Position numbers and translations under genes: made by a program. Under the pieces are notes generated by a model. It did no database searches. It worked only from the letters and a program-made list of their open reading frames with translations, and was not told the origin of the DNA. Shown here piece by piece: positions 9,529 through 19,604 of a stretch of 64,000 nt of DNA. Source of the stretch: an uncultured Pelagibacteraceae bacterium. GTDB lineage: Bacteria; Pseudomonadota; Alphaproteobacteria; Pelagibacterales; Pelagibacteraceae. Position 1 is the first letter of the stretch. Each line of letters begins with the position of its first letter. The stretch covers positions 12,765 through 76,764 of the forward strand of contig CACNRH010000001.1 of the NCBI GenBank assembly GCA_902622825.1, in the 5' to 3' direction.

Positions 9529-11082
9529 ATGACGAACGTAAAAATCAAAAATGCTTTATTGTCAGTCTCTAATAAAGAAAACTTGTTAGATGTAGTTAAA
9601 GTTTTAAATAAATTTAAGGTTAAGATTATAAGCTCTGGAGGTACTCATAAGTATTTAAAAAAAAAGGGTTACAAGAGTATTGAAATATCAAAATATACTG
9701 GTTTTAAGGAAATGTTAGATGGGAGAGTAAAAACTTTACACCCAAAAATTCACGCTGGAATTTTGCATGATAGAAAAAAGAAAACACATCTGAAAGAAAT
9801 GAAAGGAAAAAAATTTCCTGCCATAGATTTAATAATAGTAAATTTTTACCCTTTTCAAAAAGTTGTAACACAAACTAAGAATCATGAACAAATAATAGAT
9901 AACATTGATATTGGTGGACCTACAATGGTTAGAGCAGCTGCAAAGAACTTTAAAAACGTCTTGATAATTACAAATATAGAGGATTATAAAGAATTCATTA
10001 GAGAATTAGTAAAAGGAAAGGGGTCGACTAAACTAGAGTATAGGGAAAAACTCGCCAGCAAAGCTTTCGGTTTGACGGCTTATTATGATGCAATGATAAC
10101 GAATTGGTTTAATAAGAAACTTCAAATCAATTTTCCCGACCGGAAAGTATTTTTTGGTCGAAAATATAAATCATTGAGATATGGTGAAAATCCTCATCAA
10201 AAGGCAGCAATTTATATAAATGACTTTAAAGATAGAGAAACAGGGTTAAGGAAAATTCATGGAAAAGATTTAAGTTTCAATAATTATTCAGACATATATT
10301 CATCTTTAGATATTCTATCTTATTTTAAAAAATCAAATACGACCGTAATAATAAAACACGGTAATCCTTGTGGTGTGTCGAGCAACAGATCAAGGTTATT
10401 ATCTTTTAAAAATGCTTTTGCCTGTGATCCTGTGAGTGCATTTGGTGGAATTATTGCATGTAATTTTAAGATTGACAAAAAAACAGCAACTGAAATTACT
10501 AAAAATTTTTGTGAAGTGGTAGTCTCAAAGGGATTTGATAAACAAGCATTGAATATATTAAAATCCAAAAAAAACCTTAGATTAATAAATTTTTCTAAGT
10601 ACAAGAGTCTTAACAAAACAATCACAAAGTTTTTTGATAACTCATTTTTAATGCAAGAGAAAAATCTGAGAATTATGGATAGCAAAAAGTTAAGATTTGT
10701 TTCCAAAATAAAGCCAAGCAGTAAAGATTTGAAAGAACTAGAATTTGCAAATAAAGTTTGTAAATTTGTAAAATCTAATGCGATTGTGATTACAAAAGAT
10801 ATGTCAACGATTGGAATTGGTGCAGGGCAACCAAGTAGACTGGATAGTTGTAAGATAGCAATTCAAAAAGCCAGAATTTTTCGTAAAAATAAAGTTAAAA
10901 ATTCTTATGCGGCTTCAGATGCTTTTTTTCCCTTTAGAGATGGTATTAAAAGTTTAGCTAAAGCGGGCGTAAAAAATGTAGTGCAACCAGGTGGTTCGTT
11001 AAAAGACAAAGAGGTAATTGAAGAGGCCGATAATAATAAAGTAAAAATGATTTTGACTGGCCTTAGACACTTTAATCACTGA
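9529..11082 (+). CDS. purH: bifunctional AICAR transformylase/IMP cyclohydrolase
   Basis: GRVKTLHP, IDIGGPTMVRAAAKN, YGENPHQ, SDAFFPF, RHFNH. Confidence 0.97.
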   Translation: MTNVKIKNALLSVSNKENLLDVVKVLNKFKVKIISSGGTHKYLKKKGYKSIEISKYTGFKEMLDGRVKTLHPKIHAGILHDRKKKTHLKEMKGKKFPAIDLIIVNFYPFQKVVTQTKNHEQIIDNIDIGGPTMVRAAAKNFKNVLIITNIEDYKEFIRELVKGKGSTKLEYREKLASKAFGLTAYYDAMITNWFNKKLQINFPDRKVFFGRKYKSLRYGENPHQKAAIYINDFKDRETGLRKIHGKDLSFNNYSDIYSSLDILSYFKKSNTTVIIKHGNPCGVSSNRSRLLSFKNAFACDPVSAFGGIIACNFKIDKKTATEITKNFCEVVVSKGFDKQALNILKSKKNLRLINFSKYKSLNKTITKFFDNSFLMQEKNLRIMDSKKLRFVSKIKPSSKDLKELEFANKVCKFVKSNAIVITKDMSTIGIGAGQPSRLDSCKIAIQKARIFRKNKVKNSYAASDAFFPFRDGIKSLAKAGVKNVVQPGGSLKDKEVIEEADNNKVKMILTGLRHFNH

Positions 11083-11417
11083 GATAAATTATTAATTTTT
11101 GCTGCTAGAATAAAATCACTCTCAGCTAATCCTTGTATTGCATGAGTGAAAATTTTTATTTTCGCGTAACCCCAGCCAAATGATACATCTGGATGATGAC
11201 CCTGTTCTTCGGCTAAATCACCAACAGAGTTCACAAATTTTTGGCTTTCTTGAAAATTTTTGAATTTAAAATCTCTTTCAATAAAATAACTTTCTTTTGT
11301 GTCTTTTTTTACATCCCATCCGTCAACCTTTTTTAAATATTTGTGTATCTCATTTATTTCCATAGCCGGAATATTGCCGTCACATGGTATACATTTTTTT
11401 TTTGATAAATCTTCCAT
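11076..11417 (-). CDS. phhB: pterin-4-alpha-carbinolamine dehydratase
   Basis: C.PC N-terminus, F.FKNF, AEEQGHHPD, THAI.GL..SDFILAAK. Confidence 0.9.
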   Translation of the reverse strand: MEDLSKKKCIPCDGNIPAMEINEIHKYLKKVDGWDVKKDTKESYFIERDFKFKNFQESQKFVNSVGDLAEEQGHHPDVSFGWGYAKIKIFTHAIQGLAESDFILAAKINNLSQ

Positions 11418-11427
11418 ATTTCTTTTT

Positions 11428-11502
11428 TGGAGCGGGCAAAGGGACTTGAACCCTCGACCTTCTCGTTGGCAACGAGACGCTCTACCACTGAGCTATGCCC
11501 GC
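11428..11502 (-). tRNA. tRNA-Gly(GCC), CCA encoded
   Basis: Reverse complement GCGGGCATAGCTCAGTGGTAGAGCGTCTCGTTGCCAACGAGAAGGTCGAGGGTTCAAGTCCCTTTGCCCGCTCCA folds as a cloverleaf with GCC anticodon. Confidence 0.97.
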
Positions 11503-11591
11503 TTATTAAAGAAATTATTATATTTGTGGGGTAAATATAAGCAAGTATTATAAATTGACACAAACCTATTTTTCTCACTATTATAGAATAT

Positions 11592-12224
11592 ATGAATAAT
11601 AAATTTCCAAAATTAATACCAATTTTTCCATTAAGTGGGGTGATCTACTTTCCTAAAACTAATTTACCTTTAAATATTTTTGAACCACGCTACTTAGACC
11701 TGGTAAACGATAGCTATTATAACAACAAGTTAATGGGAATGGTTCAAGAAAAGAAAAATTCTAATGAAGTATACAGAATTGGATGTTTGGGTAAAATAAG
11801 TGATTTACATGAAACCGGGGACGGTAGAGTAATAATTAACTTAGTTGGTGTAACAAGATTTGAAATAATTAAAGAAATCGACAATAAAAAAAGATACAGA
11901 GAATTTGAAGTAAGTTACGACAATTTTGATGTTGATCTTGTCTCCCATGATGAAGCTCTAATTGAACGAGAAAGACTGAAATTATTTAAAGATAAAGCTA
12001 AAGTTTTTTTCAAGAAAAATGGACTTCTTTTAAATTGGAAAGAATTCGAAAAGCTTGACCAATCACAACAAATTAATACACTTGCGATGATTGCACCTGT
12101 ATCTAATGAAGAAAAACAAAAATTATTGGAAACAAAAACGATTATTGGTAAAACTAAATTGATGTCGGAGATTATCGAATTTTATCTTCATGCAAGCAGA
12201 GTAGACAATAAAACCCTTCAATAA
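11592..12224 (+). CDS. Lon protease N-terminal substrate-binding domain protein
   Basis: IPIFPL, LPLNIFEPRY, IGCLGKI, DGR..I.L.G..RF, EKQKLLE. Confidence 0.88.
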   Translation: MNNKFPKLIPIFPLSGVIYFPKTNLPLNIFEPRYLDLVNDSYYNNKLMGMVQEKKNSNEVYRIGCLGKISDLHETGDGRVIINLVGVTRFEIIKEIDNKKRYREFEVSYDNFDVDLVSHDEALIERERLKLFKDKAKVFFKKNGLLLNWKEFEKLDQSQQINTLAMIAPVSNEEKQKLLETKTIIGKTKLMSEIIEFYLHASRVDNKTLQ

Positions 12225-12230
12225 TTTTAA

Positions 12231-13502
12231 TTAATTAGTTTTATTCATTGAATTAAAAAAATCTGAATTATTCTTTGTATCCTTAATTTTTGAAATCAAA
12301 AACTCTATACCGTCCATAGTTCCCATAGGACTTATAATCCTCCTCAGCACATTCATTTTAGCAAGATCGTCCTTCTCAAACAGCAATTCTTCTCTCCTAG
12401 TTCCTGACCTAGTTATGTCAAGTGCGGGAAAAATTCTTTTATCTGCAACTTTTCTATCAAGAATAAGCTCTGAATTACCCGTTCCTTTAAACTCTTCGAA
12501 TATAACTTCGTCCATCCTACTACCAGTGTCAATAAGTGCAGTCGATATAATTGTTAACGATCCACCTTGTTCAACATTCCTTGCTGCTCCGAAAAATCTT
12601 TTAGGCCTCTGCAATGCGTTAGCATCAACACCTCCTGTTAATACTTTACCTGAGCTTGGTACAACTGCGTTATAGGCTCTGCCAAGTCTAGTGATGGAGT
12701 CTAATAGTATAACAACATCCTTTTTATGCTCAACAAGTCGTTTTGCTTTTTCAATAACCATTTCTGCTACTGCAACGTGTCTTGAAGCGGGTTCGTCAAA
12801 AGTAGATGAAACTACTTCGCCTTTAACTGATCTTTGCATATCAGTTACTTCTTCTGGTCTTTCATCAATAAGTAAAACCATTAAATAAACTTCTGGATGA
12901 TTTGCTGTTATCGATTGAGCGATATTTTGCAAAATCATAGTTTTACCTGCTCTTGGCGGTGAAACTATCAACGATCTTTGCCCCTTACCAATCGGACTTA
13001 CCAAATCAATTAGTCTTGATGTGTTATCAGGTTTTTTTTCGACTTTGTTAGTTTCTACTTCGAGTTTTATTCTTTCATTTGGATATAGAGGCGTTAGGTT
13101 GTCAAATGCAATTTTATTTCTGGCTTTCTCTGTATTGTCAAAATTTATATTATTTATCTTTAATAAAGCGAAGTATCTTTCTGCTTCTTTAGGAGCTCTA
13201 ATTTCACCCTCAACTGAATCTCCCGTTCTCAAACCAAAACGTCTGATTTGACTTGGGCTTACGTATATATCATCTGGACCAGGTAAATAATTTGACTCTA
13301 TTGCCCTTAAAAAACCAAAACCGTCTTGTAATACCTCTAAAACACCCGATGCACTTATTTGCTCATTTTTTTCAGCTAGTTTCTTTAAAATTGCAAAAAG
13401 AATCTCTTGTTTACGTAAAGTGCTTGGATTTTCGATACCAAGTTTTTCCGCCTCTGAAATAAGGTCTGCTGGGTTTTTTCTTTTTAAGTCTTGAAGTTTC
13501 AT
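12231..13502 (-). CDS. rho: transcription termination factor Rho
   Basis: [43 protein letters not shown]. Confidence 0.98.
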   Translation of the reverse strand: MKLQDLKRKNPADLISEAEKLGIENPSTLRKQEILFAILKKLAEKNEQISASGVLEVLQDGFGFLRAIESNYLPGPDDIYVSPSQIRRFGLRTGDSVEGEIRAPKEAERYFALLKINNINFDNTEKARNKIAFDNLTPLYPNERIKLEVETNKVEKKPDNTSRLIDLVSPIGKGQRSLIVSPPRAGKTMILQNIAQSITANHPEVYLMVLLIDERPEEVTDMQRSVKGEVVSSTFDEPASRHVAVAEMVIEKAKRLVEHKKDVVILLDSITRLGRAYNAVVPSSGKVLTGGVDANALQRPKRFFGAARNVEQGGSLTIISTALIDTGSRMDEVIFEEFKGTGNSELILDRKVADKRIFPALDITRSGTRREELLFEKDDLAKMNVLRRIISPMGTMDGIEFLISKIKDTKNNSDFFNSMNKTN

Positions 13503-13608
13503 GTAATTGATTGTTAAAGGGATGTAAGATAAATATAATTAATTTTGATGAAATATCAACCCCTGTATTTCATTAAATTTAAGAAAAAAGGGTGAAATTG
13601 GTAAATAT

Positions 13609-14022
13609 ATGGATATGGAGCAAAAAGAATTTACTGTTTTTGGGAAAAGCATAGAAAAATTATCTTTGATCTATGGAATGTTTTTAATTTTTTGGGGAAT
13701 TGCAATAAGTTTCATTTCTGGTAGCACCTCTGCCACTTCGTATATTCCAACCTACTTAGGCGCACCTATAGTGATATTTTCAGTTTTGTCTCTGTATTTT
13801 CCCAACAAAAAAAAGATTTTTATGCACATAGTAGTTTTGGTAGGAGTAGTAATTCTTTTAGGTGGCTTAGATTTACTAAGAGGCTTAATTAATGGTAATT
13901 TGTTTGAAAACTTTTGGGCAGATTTATCTAAGCTTATGATGCTTTTGTCTGGGTGCTATTTTGTTTATCTTTGTGTTTTATCTTTTATCTTTGCCAGAAA
14001 AAATAAAAATCAATTAGATTAA
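13609..14022 (+). CDS. hypothetical 4-TM membrane protein
   Basis: Four hydrophobic segments; YG.FLI.WG...SGS.S.TS.IP, KK.FMHIVVL. Confidence 0.75.
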   Translation: MDMEQKEFTVFGKSIEKLSLIYGMFLIFWGIAISFISGSTSATSYIPTYLGAPIVIFSVLSLYFPNKKKIFMHIVVLVGVVILLGGLDLLRGLINGNLFENFWADLSKLMMLLSGCYFVYLCVLSFIFARKNKNQLD

Positions 14023-14546
14023 ACTTTCAATTCATCAAATTCCTGAGCAAATCTTTTAACGCTTGGCCAATCTGTGAATTCATAAGATTGTTTTGTGTTT
14101 GTTGGTCCATTAGTTATAAACATTATCATCTTAATTATAATTCTATTAAAAAAATTTAGGTTTGGGTAATCTACTTTTCCTGCAAATACACCTATTTTCA
14201 TTGGTTGCCACTTTGACTTAATAAGAAACTTTTTAACATATGGATTGGTTTCAGGCGTGCTCTTCTCTTTTTTACGAGCAACTACATTCACCGAGAAAAA
14301 AGCATTTTTCTTTAATTCGAGAATCTTTTTATGAGTTTCTATATATTTATAAATTTTTGAGCTGTGTTTACCATACCTTATACTAGCGCCTATTATTATT
14401 TGATCATAATCTGACAAATTGATTTTGAAGGCTTCATCTATAGACAAGAGCTCAAATGACTCTTTTGATATTGAGCTACCTTTGATAACCTCACATATTT
14501 TTTTAGTTTGACCGTCTGTTGATGAATATATTAATAATGATTTCAT
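14019..14546 (-). CDS. hemG: flavodoxin-type protoporphyrinogen IX dehydrogenase
   Basis: YSSTDGQTKKI, IGASIRYG, FFSVN.VARK.EK.TPETNPY..KFL, VFAG..DYP, GPT, EFTDW..V..FA; follows hemE-hemH. Confidence 0.92.
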   Translation of the reverse strand: MKSLLIYSSTDGQTKKICEVIKGSSISKESFELLSIDEAFKINLSDYDQIIIGASIRYGKHSSKIYKYIETHKKILELKKNAFFSVNVVARKKEKSTPETNPYVKKFLIKSKWQPMKIGVFAGKVDYPNLNFFNRIIIKMIMFITNGPTNTKQSYEFTDWPSVKRFAQEFDELKV

Positions 14547-14550
14547 AATC

Positions 14551-15546
14551 TTAAAAATTTAAATTATTTGTTAAATTTTGAAGCAAATCTATATGATCAT
14601 CTCGGTCATTTAGACATGGGACGAGGTCAAACTTTTCACCCCCGTTTTCTAAAAAACTCTCTTTACCTTGGATATTTATTTCTTCTAAAGTTTCTACGCA
14701 ATCAGAAGCAAAGCCAGGACAAATAACAAGAATCTTCTTTTTTCCGTCGCTTGGAAGTTTTTCGAATGTTTTATCTGTATAAGGTTGCAACCATTCCTGT
14801 GGTCCAAACCTTGACTGAAATGTTGTAATTATTGGGATCTCATGAAAGCTTTCAATAATGAGTCTTGTGGTTTTTTGACAGTAACAATGATAAGGATCTC
14901 CTTTTTCAAAATATTTTTTTGGTATGCCGTGATAAGAAGCCACCACTAAGTCGGGTTTCCAGTCAATTTCATTTAATTTTTCCCTTAAGCTATTAACTAG
15001 TGCTTTTATATAAAGTTTATTTGATTCGTAATGAGGAACAACATGTAAACTCGGTTGCCACCTCATCTTCATTAATGTTTTATACACTTCGTCACAAACA
15101 GTTGCTGTTGTTGCTGCGGCGTATTGAGGGTATAAGGGTAAAATTATTAATTTTTCGCATCCTTGTTTTTGTAGTTTATTTAACACCGACCTAATACTAG
15201 GGTTACCGTATCTCATTGCATAATCTATTATTACATCTTCATCAGTATTTTTTTTTCTTAGCTTTTCTGTTTGTCTAGTAGTGTAATATCTCAACGGAGA
15301 CATATTTTCTTTTTTCATCCATATTTCTTTATATGCTTTAGCTGTCTTGCCTGGCCTAAAATTTAATATAAAAAGATTCAATATTATTTTCCAGATAAAC
15401 GGGTTAACTTCTATGACTCTTCTGTCAGACAGAAATTCCTTTAAATATTTTCTTATATCTAACCATGAAGTCGAATCTGGCGTTCCAAGATTAACCAAAA
15501 GCACTCCTGTTTTTCCATATTTTATTTTCGGGTGATCTTCTTTCAT
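14551..15546 (-). CDS. hemH: ferrochelatase
   Basis: LLVNLGTP, AMRYGNP, PLYPQY, SYHGIP, FQSRFGP.EWL.P, DCVETLEEI. Confidence 0.97.
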   Translation of the reverse strand: MKEDHPKIKYGKTGVLLVNLGTPDSTSWLDIRKYLKEFLSDRRVIEVNPFIWKIILNLFILNFRPGKTAKAYKEIWMKKENMSPLRYYTTRQTEKLRKKNTDEDVIIDYAMRYGNPSIRSVLNKLQKQGCEKLIILPLYPQYAAATTATVCDEVYKTLMKMRWQPSLHVVPHYESNKLYIKALVNSLREKLNEIDWKPDLVVASYHGIPKKYFEKGDPYHCYCQKTTRLIIESFHEIPIITTFQSRFGPQEWLQPYTDKTFEKLPSDGKKKILVICPGFASDCVETLEEINIQGKESFLENGGEKFDLVPCLNDRDDHIDLLQNLTNNLNF

Positions 15547-16541
15547 ATTGACCTAATCTGTTTTACTATCTTTTCTATAGTGCTTGGCTTGGTATTGGGC
15601 AATATACCGTGTCCTAGATTAAATATGTAAGGTATATTTTTAAATATTTTCATGTATCTCATTGTCTCCTTTATTATCTTTTTTTGATTTGAATTTATTA
15701 AAATTTTTGGATCGAGACCCCCTTGGATACATACGTTTTTCAAATTATTTTTTGCCCATATAGGGTTAACTTTATAATCTATATTAATTCCGTCAGGCTT
15801 AACCTTTTTTATAAATTTCTTATAGTTTTTCCCTATTCCTTTTGGAAAGCATATTGTGGGGATTTGTTTTTTTCTACAAAACTGAACAATTTTTTTATTT
15901 GGTTCAAAACAAAACCGGTTAAGATCTTTTTTACTAATTATTCCTGCCCATGAATCGAATATCTGCACTACGTCTGCACCATTTTTAAATTGTTGGTTAA
16001 TATGTAAACATAAAAATTGTGTTAGCTTATTAATAATCCTCTCTAAGTCGTATTTGCTAAATTTTTTTAAGTGCTCTGGTCTTTTTTTTATATCAATCAT
16101 GTAATAAATTAATGTCCAAGGGGCCCCAACAAAAGATATTAAAGTTTTATTTTTTTCTAGTTTTTTTCTTGTTTTTTTTATCGATTTGTAAATTGGCTTA
16201 AGTTTCTTTAAAAATATATCTGGTTTGGATTTTAAAAATTTTTTCATGTTAAATTCTGAGAGCATTGGTCCTTTATTTTTAACAAATGTCACTTTCTGTC
16301 CCAGGGCATACGGCACGATTAATATATCAGAAAAAATTATAGCTGCATCAAGGTCATATCTTTTAATGGGCTGTAATGTAATGTCACTAGCTAAATTGCT
16401 ATTTAAACATAATTTAATGAAGTCTTGATTTTTTTTTCTAATCTTACGAAATTCTGGAAGATATCTACCCGCTTGTCTCATAAACCAGATAGGATTACAA
16501 GATGAATTTTTATTCATTAAACAATCAAGCATTTCATTCAT
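15543..16541 (-). CDS. hemE: uroporphyrinogen decarboxylase
   Basis: PIWFMRQAGRYLPE, AAIIFSDIL, GAPWTL, QIFDSWAG, FNLGHGI. Confidence 0.97.
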   Translation of the reverse strand: MNEMLDCLMNKNSSCNPIWFMRQAGRYLPEFRKIRKKNQDFIKLCLNSNLASDITLQPIKRYDLDAAIIFSDILIVPYALGQKVTFVKNKGPMLSEFNMKKFLKSKPDIFLKKLKPIYKSIKKTRKKLEKNKTLISFVGAPWTLIYYMIDIKKRPEHLKKFSKYDLERIINKLTQFLCLHINQQFKNGADVVQIFDSWAGIISKKDLNRFCFEPNKKIVQFCRKKQIPTICFPKGIGKNYKKFIKKVKPDGINIDYKVNPIWAKNNLKNVCIQGGLDPKILINSNQKKIIKETMRYMKIFKNIPYIFNLGHGILPNTKPSTIEKIVKQIRSI

Positions 16542-16820
16542 AATAATAATATAATTATAATTTTAATATTAGTAATAGGTCATGTTAGTAACTGATATAA
16601 TTATTTATACATAGATCTTCACATTTTATCCCATAATACTGATAAATTTATCTTCAAACTACCTACCAAATTTCAATTATTAACATTTCCAGTTAGTGGT
16701 GTATAAAATGGTCAACATAGGAGAAATTGTTAGTAGTGTGTAAACTGGTGTTAAGAGTTTTTAGTAAATTTATTGTTTAAGTTATTAAATTATATTTATT
16801 CCTGATGTATAAACAAAGTT
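16542..16820. other. probable chromosomal replication origin (oriC)
   Basis: Largest intergenic gap, between divergent hemE and ppsR (typical alphaproteobacterial ori site); degenerate DnaA boxes TTATACATA 16605-16613, GGTGTATAA 16698-16706, TGTGTAAAC 16737-16745, GATGTATAA 16804-16812; TA(A/G) trio run 16564-16578. Confidence 0.8.
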
Positions 16821-17645
16821 ATGAACGAAAAATACAATGTATATCTAGTGTCTGATTCAACCGGAGAGACATTAGATAGAATTTTTTTATCAATCAAATC
16901 GCAATTTTCAAACTTCGATTACAATAAAAAAGAATTTGTATTTGTTAGGACAGAACAGCAAATTAATAAAATAATCGAGGAGTGCGTTGGTAAATCCAAT
17001 TCGATCATATTGTACACTATAGTAGAAACAAAACTTGCTAAATTTATCACCAGCCAGTCTGAGAAAAACAATATTCCATGCTACGGTATTCTAGGAACTT
17101 TGATACTGAATTTCTCAAAGTTGCTGAACCAAAAAGCAATTCACAAACCATCAGCGCAACACGTGTTAGATGAAGACTATTATAAAAGAATGGAAGCTAT
17201 TCAATATACAATGTCTCATGATGATGGAAAAAAAACCGAAGATTTACTGTTGGCTGATGTTATACTTCTAGGTGTCAGTAGGACCAGTAAAACACCGACT
17301 TCAATTTATTTAGCTAACCGTGGTTTTAAGACAATCAACATTCCGCTTGTAACAAACCACAAACTACCAAATGAGTTATTAAGTTCAAAAGATAACAAAT
17401 GTATAATTGGTTTGTACGCCGATCCTGCAAGACTTTCTGATATAAGAAGAAACAGAGTAGCTATGATGAAAGAAGAAAAGATTGACTCTTATGTTGACGT
17501 GAACTTTATCAAAAGGGAAGTAGATGAGTCAAAAGTATTATTCAAGAAGTATAACTGGCCGACGATAGATGTAACAAGAAAATCTGTCGAAGAGACAGCC
17601 GCTTCTATAATTCGAATTTATGAAATAAGAAAAAACAAATTATGA
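16821..17645 (+). CDS. ppsR: PEP synthase/pyruvate phosphate dikinase regulatory protein (DUF299)
   Basis: YLVSDSTGET, Y..R.EAI.YT..HDDG, GVSRTSKTPTS.YLA, IDVTRKSVEETAA. Confidence 0.92.
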   Translation: MNEKYNVYLVSDSTGETLDRIFLSIKSQFSNFDYNKKEFVFVRTEQQINKIIEECVGKSNSIILYTIVETKLAKFITSQSEKNNIPCYGILGTLILNFSKLLNQKAIHKPSAQHVLDEDYYKRMEAIQYTMSHDDGKKTEDLLLADVILLGVSRTSKTPTSIYLANRGFKTINIPLVTNHKLPNELLSSKDNKCIIGLYADPARLSDIRRNRVAMMKEEKIDSYVDVNFIKREVDESKVLFKKYNWPTIDVTRKSVEETAASIIRIYEIRKNKL

Positions 17646-18223
17646 AAATAATTTTAGCCTCAAAAAGTGGTGTCAGACAACAAATCCTTAAAGATAACAA
17701 TATTATTTTTGATGTTGTGCATTCAAATGTTGATGAAGATATGGCAAAAGAATCTTTTTTAAGCGAAGGTGCTGATCCTTTAATAATATCAAAAAATTTA
17801 GCAGAATTAAAAGCTGTAAAAGTAAGTAAGAATTTTCCAGACACACTCGTTTTAGGTGCTGATAGCGTAATATCGCTTAATGATGATTTAATTAACAAGC
17901 CAAATTCAAGAGAGGAAGCGCTCAAAATTCTTCTTAAACTAAATGGAAGCATACACTATCTAATTAGCTCAGTTTGTTTTGTGAAAAATGGATCCATGGT
18001 ATGGAATTTTACAGACAAATCAGAATTAAAAATGAAAAATCTTTCACTTAAAGATATAGAGAGTTACCTAAAAAAGATAGATACAAAAACTTTACTTTCA
18101 TATGGTGTTTATCAAATAGAGGCAGACGGACTAGATTTGTTTGAATATGTAAAAGGTGATAAAGATTCTATTATGGGATTACCCATCAAACAAATAAAAG
18201 ATTATATTAAAATTCAGAAATGA
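17642..18223 (+). CDS. maf: Maf-family nucleotide pyrophosphatase
   Basis: IILASKS..R..IL, LA.LKA, VLGADS, KP, G.YQIE, IMGLP. Confidence 0.9.
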   Translation: MKIILASKSGVRQQILKDNNIIFDVVHSNVDEDMAKESFLSEGADPLIISKNLAELKAVKVSKNFPDTLVLGADSVISLNDDLINKPNSREEALKILLKLNGSIHYLISSVCFVKNGSMVWNFTDKSELKMKNLSLKDIESYLKKIDTKTLLSYGVYQIEADGLDLFEYVKGDKDSIMGLPIKQIKDYIKIQK

Positions 18224-19053
18224 AAAAAAAAGTTTTTAAAATTATTGGTAATCCAATATCTCACTCGTTATCACCCACCCTACATTCTTATTGGTTCGCT
18301 AAATATAAGATTTCGGCAGATTACAAACAGCATGAAATCAAAGAGAGCGAAATCGAAGTAATCTTAAATGATGTAAGAGATGGCAAAATTGATGGACTTA
18401 ATGTAACTTTACCATTTAAACAAAAAGTAATCCCTTATCTTGATATACTTATCAACGATGCAAAGTCTACCAATTCTGTGAATACAATTTTTATGTCAAA
18501 GGAGGGAAAGCTAACCGGGGATAATACGGATGTATATGGCATGCAGGCGGCATATTTGAAAGATATCACACTTAATAGTAATAGATCTACCAAGGCCATT
18601 GTGATTGGTGCTGGAGGAGTCGCGCCCTCAATAATTTTCGCACTAAAAAAGACCGATATAAAAAAAGTCTGCATTGCAAACAGGACACATGAAAAAGCAA
18701 TTTTTATGAAAAAAAAATTTCCCTTCATTGATATTTTAAGTTTAAATGAGGTACCACAAAAGATTTCAGAATTTGATATTATTATAAACGCAACAAGCCT
18801 TGGACTTAAAAATGGTGAGCAATTCAATGTCAACCTTGATGGTTTAACTGATAAATCAATATTTATTGACACCATTTATAACCCCCTAGAAACAAAAATT
18901 ATTAAACATCTAAAGAGTAAAAACATTAAGACATTCAATGGACTTGATATGCTAATTTACCAGGGGCAGAAATCTTTTTATATATGGAATAAAATAAATC
19001 CCGAAATAGATGATGAATTAATTCAATTATTAGAAAACAGAATCAAATGTTAA
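18220..19053 (+). CDS. aroE: shikimate dehydrogenase
   Basis: GNPISHSLSP, NVTLPFK, NTDVYG, GAGG, INATSLG, GLDMLIYQG. Confidence 0.95.
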   Translation: MKKKVFKIIGNPISHSLSPTLHSYWFAKYKISADYKQHEIKESEIEVILNDVRDGKIDGLNVTLPFKQKVIPYLDILINDAKSTNSVNTIFMSKEGKLTGDNTDVYGMQAAYLKDITLNSNRSTKAIVIGAGGVAPSIIFALKKTDIKKVCIANRTHEKAIFMKKKFPFIDILSLNEVPQKISEFDIIINATSLGLKNGEQFNVNLDGLTDKSIFIDTIYNPLETKIIKHLKSKNIKTFNGLDMLIYQGQKSFYIWNKINPEIDDELIQLLENRIKC

Positions 19054-19604
19054 AAATCGCTATTACAGGATCGTTGTCTTCGGGTAAGTCTACGGTATCA
19101 AAAATAATTTCAAAAAAAAGATATCCTGTTTTTGACGCAGATGCTGAAGTAAAAAATTTTTATAAGGACTATAATAGCATCAAAGCAATTAAAAATAAGT
19201 TTAGAATTAAAGGTAACAGAAACATAAAAGTACTTGTTAAAGAAAAATTACAAAAAAAAATAATTAAGCTGAAAGATATTGAAAAAATGATTCATCCTTA
19301 CGTTAGAAAAAATATGAGAAAATTTATAAAAAAGAATACAAACAAAAATGTTCTTGTATTCGAAATTCCTTTATTGGTAGAAAGTAAATTAACTAAATTT
19401 TTTGATATAACAATTTTTGTTCATTCTTCAAAGAAAGTTAGGATTAAAAGATTTATTAAAAAAGGAGGAGATTATAAAATCTTCTCACTACTTGATAAAA
19501 GGCAAATGAACTACAAAATTAAAAGCAAATTTTGTCAACACGTTATAGTTAATAACTCATCTATTAATGTTTTAAAAAAAAAAGTTTATAATATAATTGA
19601 GTGA
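19047..19604 (+). CDS. coaE: dephospho-CoA kinase
   Basis: ITGSLSSGKSTV, DAD, IHP.V, EIPLL.E. Confidence 0.92.
   Translation: MLKIAITGSLSSGKSTVSKIISKKRYPVFDADAEVKNFYKDYNSIKAIKNKFRIKGNRNIKVLVKEKLQKKIIKLKDIEKMIHPYVRKNMRKFIKKNTNKNVLVFEIPLLVESKLTKFFDITIFVHSSKKVRIKRFIKKGGDYKIFSLLDKRQMNYKIKSKFCQHVIVNNSSINVLKKKVYNIIE

Noticed and set aside
11428-11502. tRNA-Gly as an integration site
   Set aside because: No integrase, no duplicated tRNA 3' end seen, and flanking genes are core
11299-11578. ORFs 11299..11553 and 11354..11578
   Set aside because: They overlap tRNA-Gly and phhB; spurious translations
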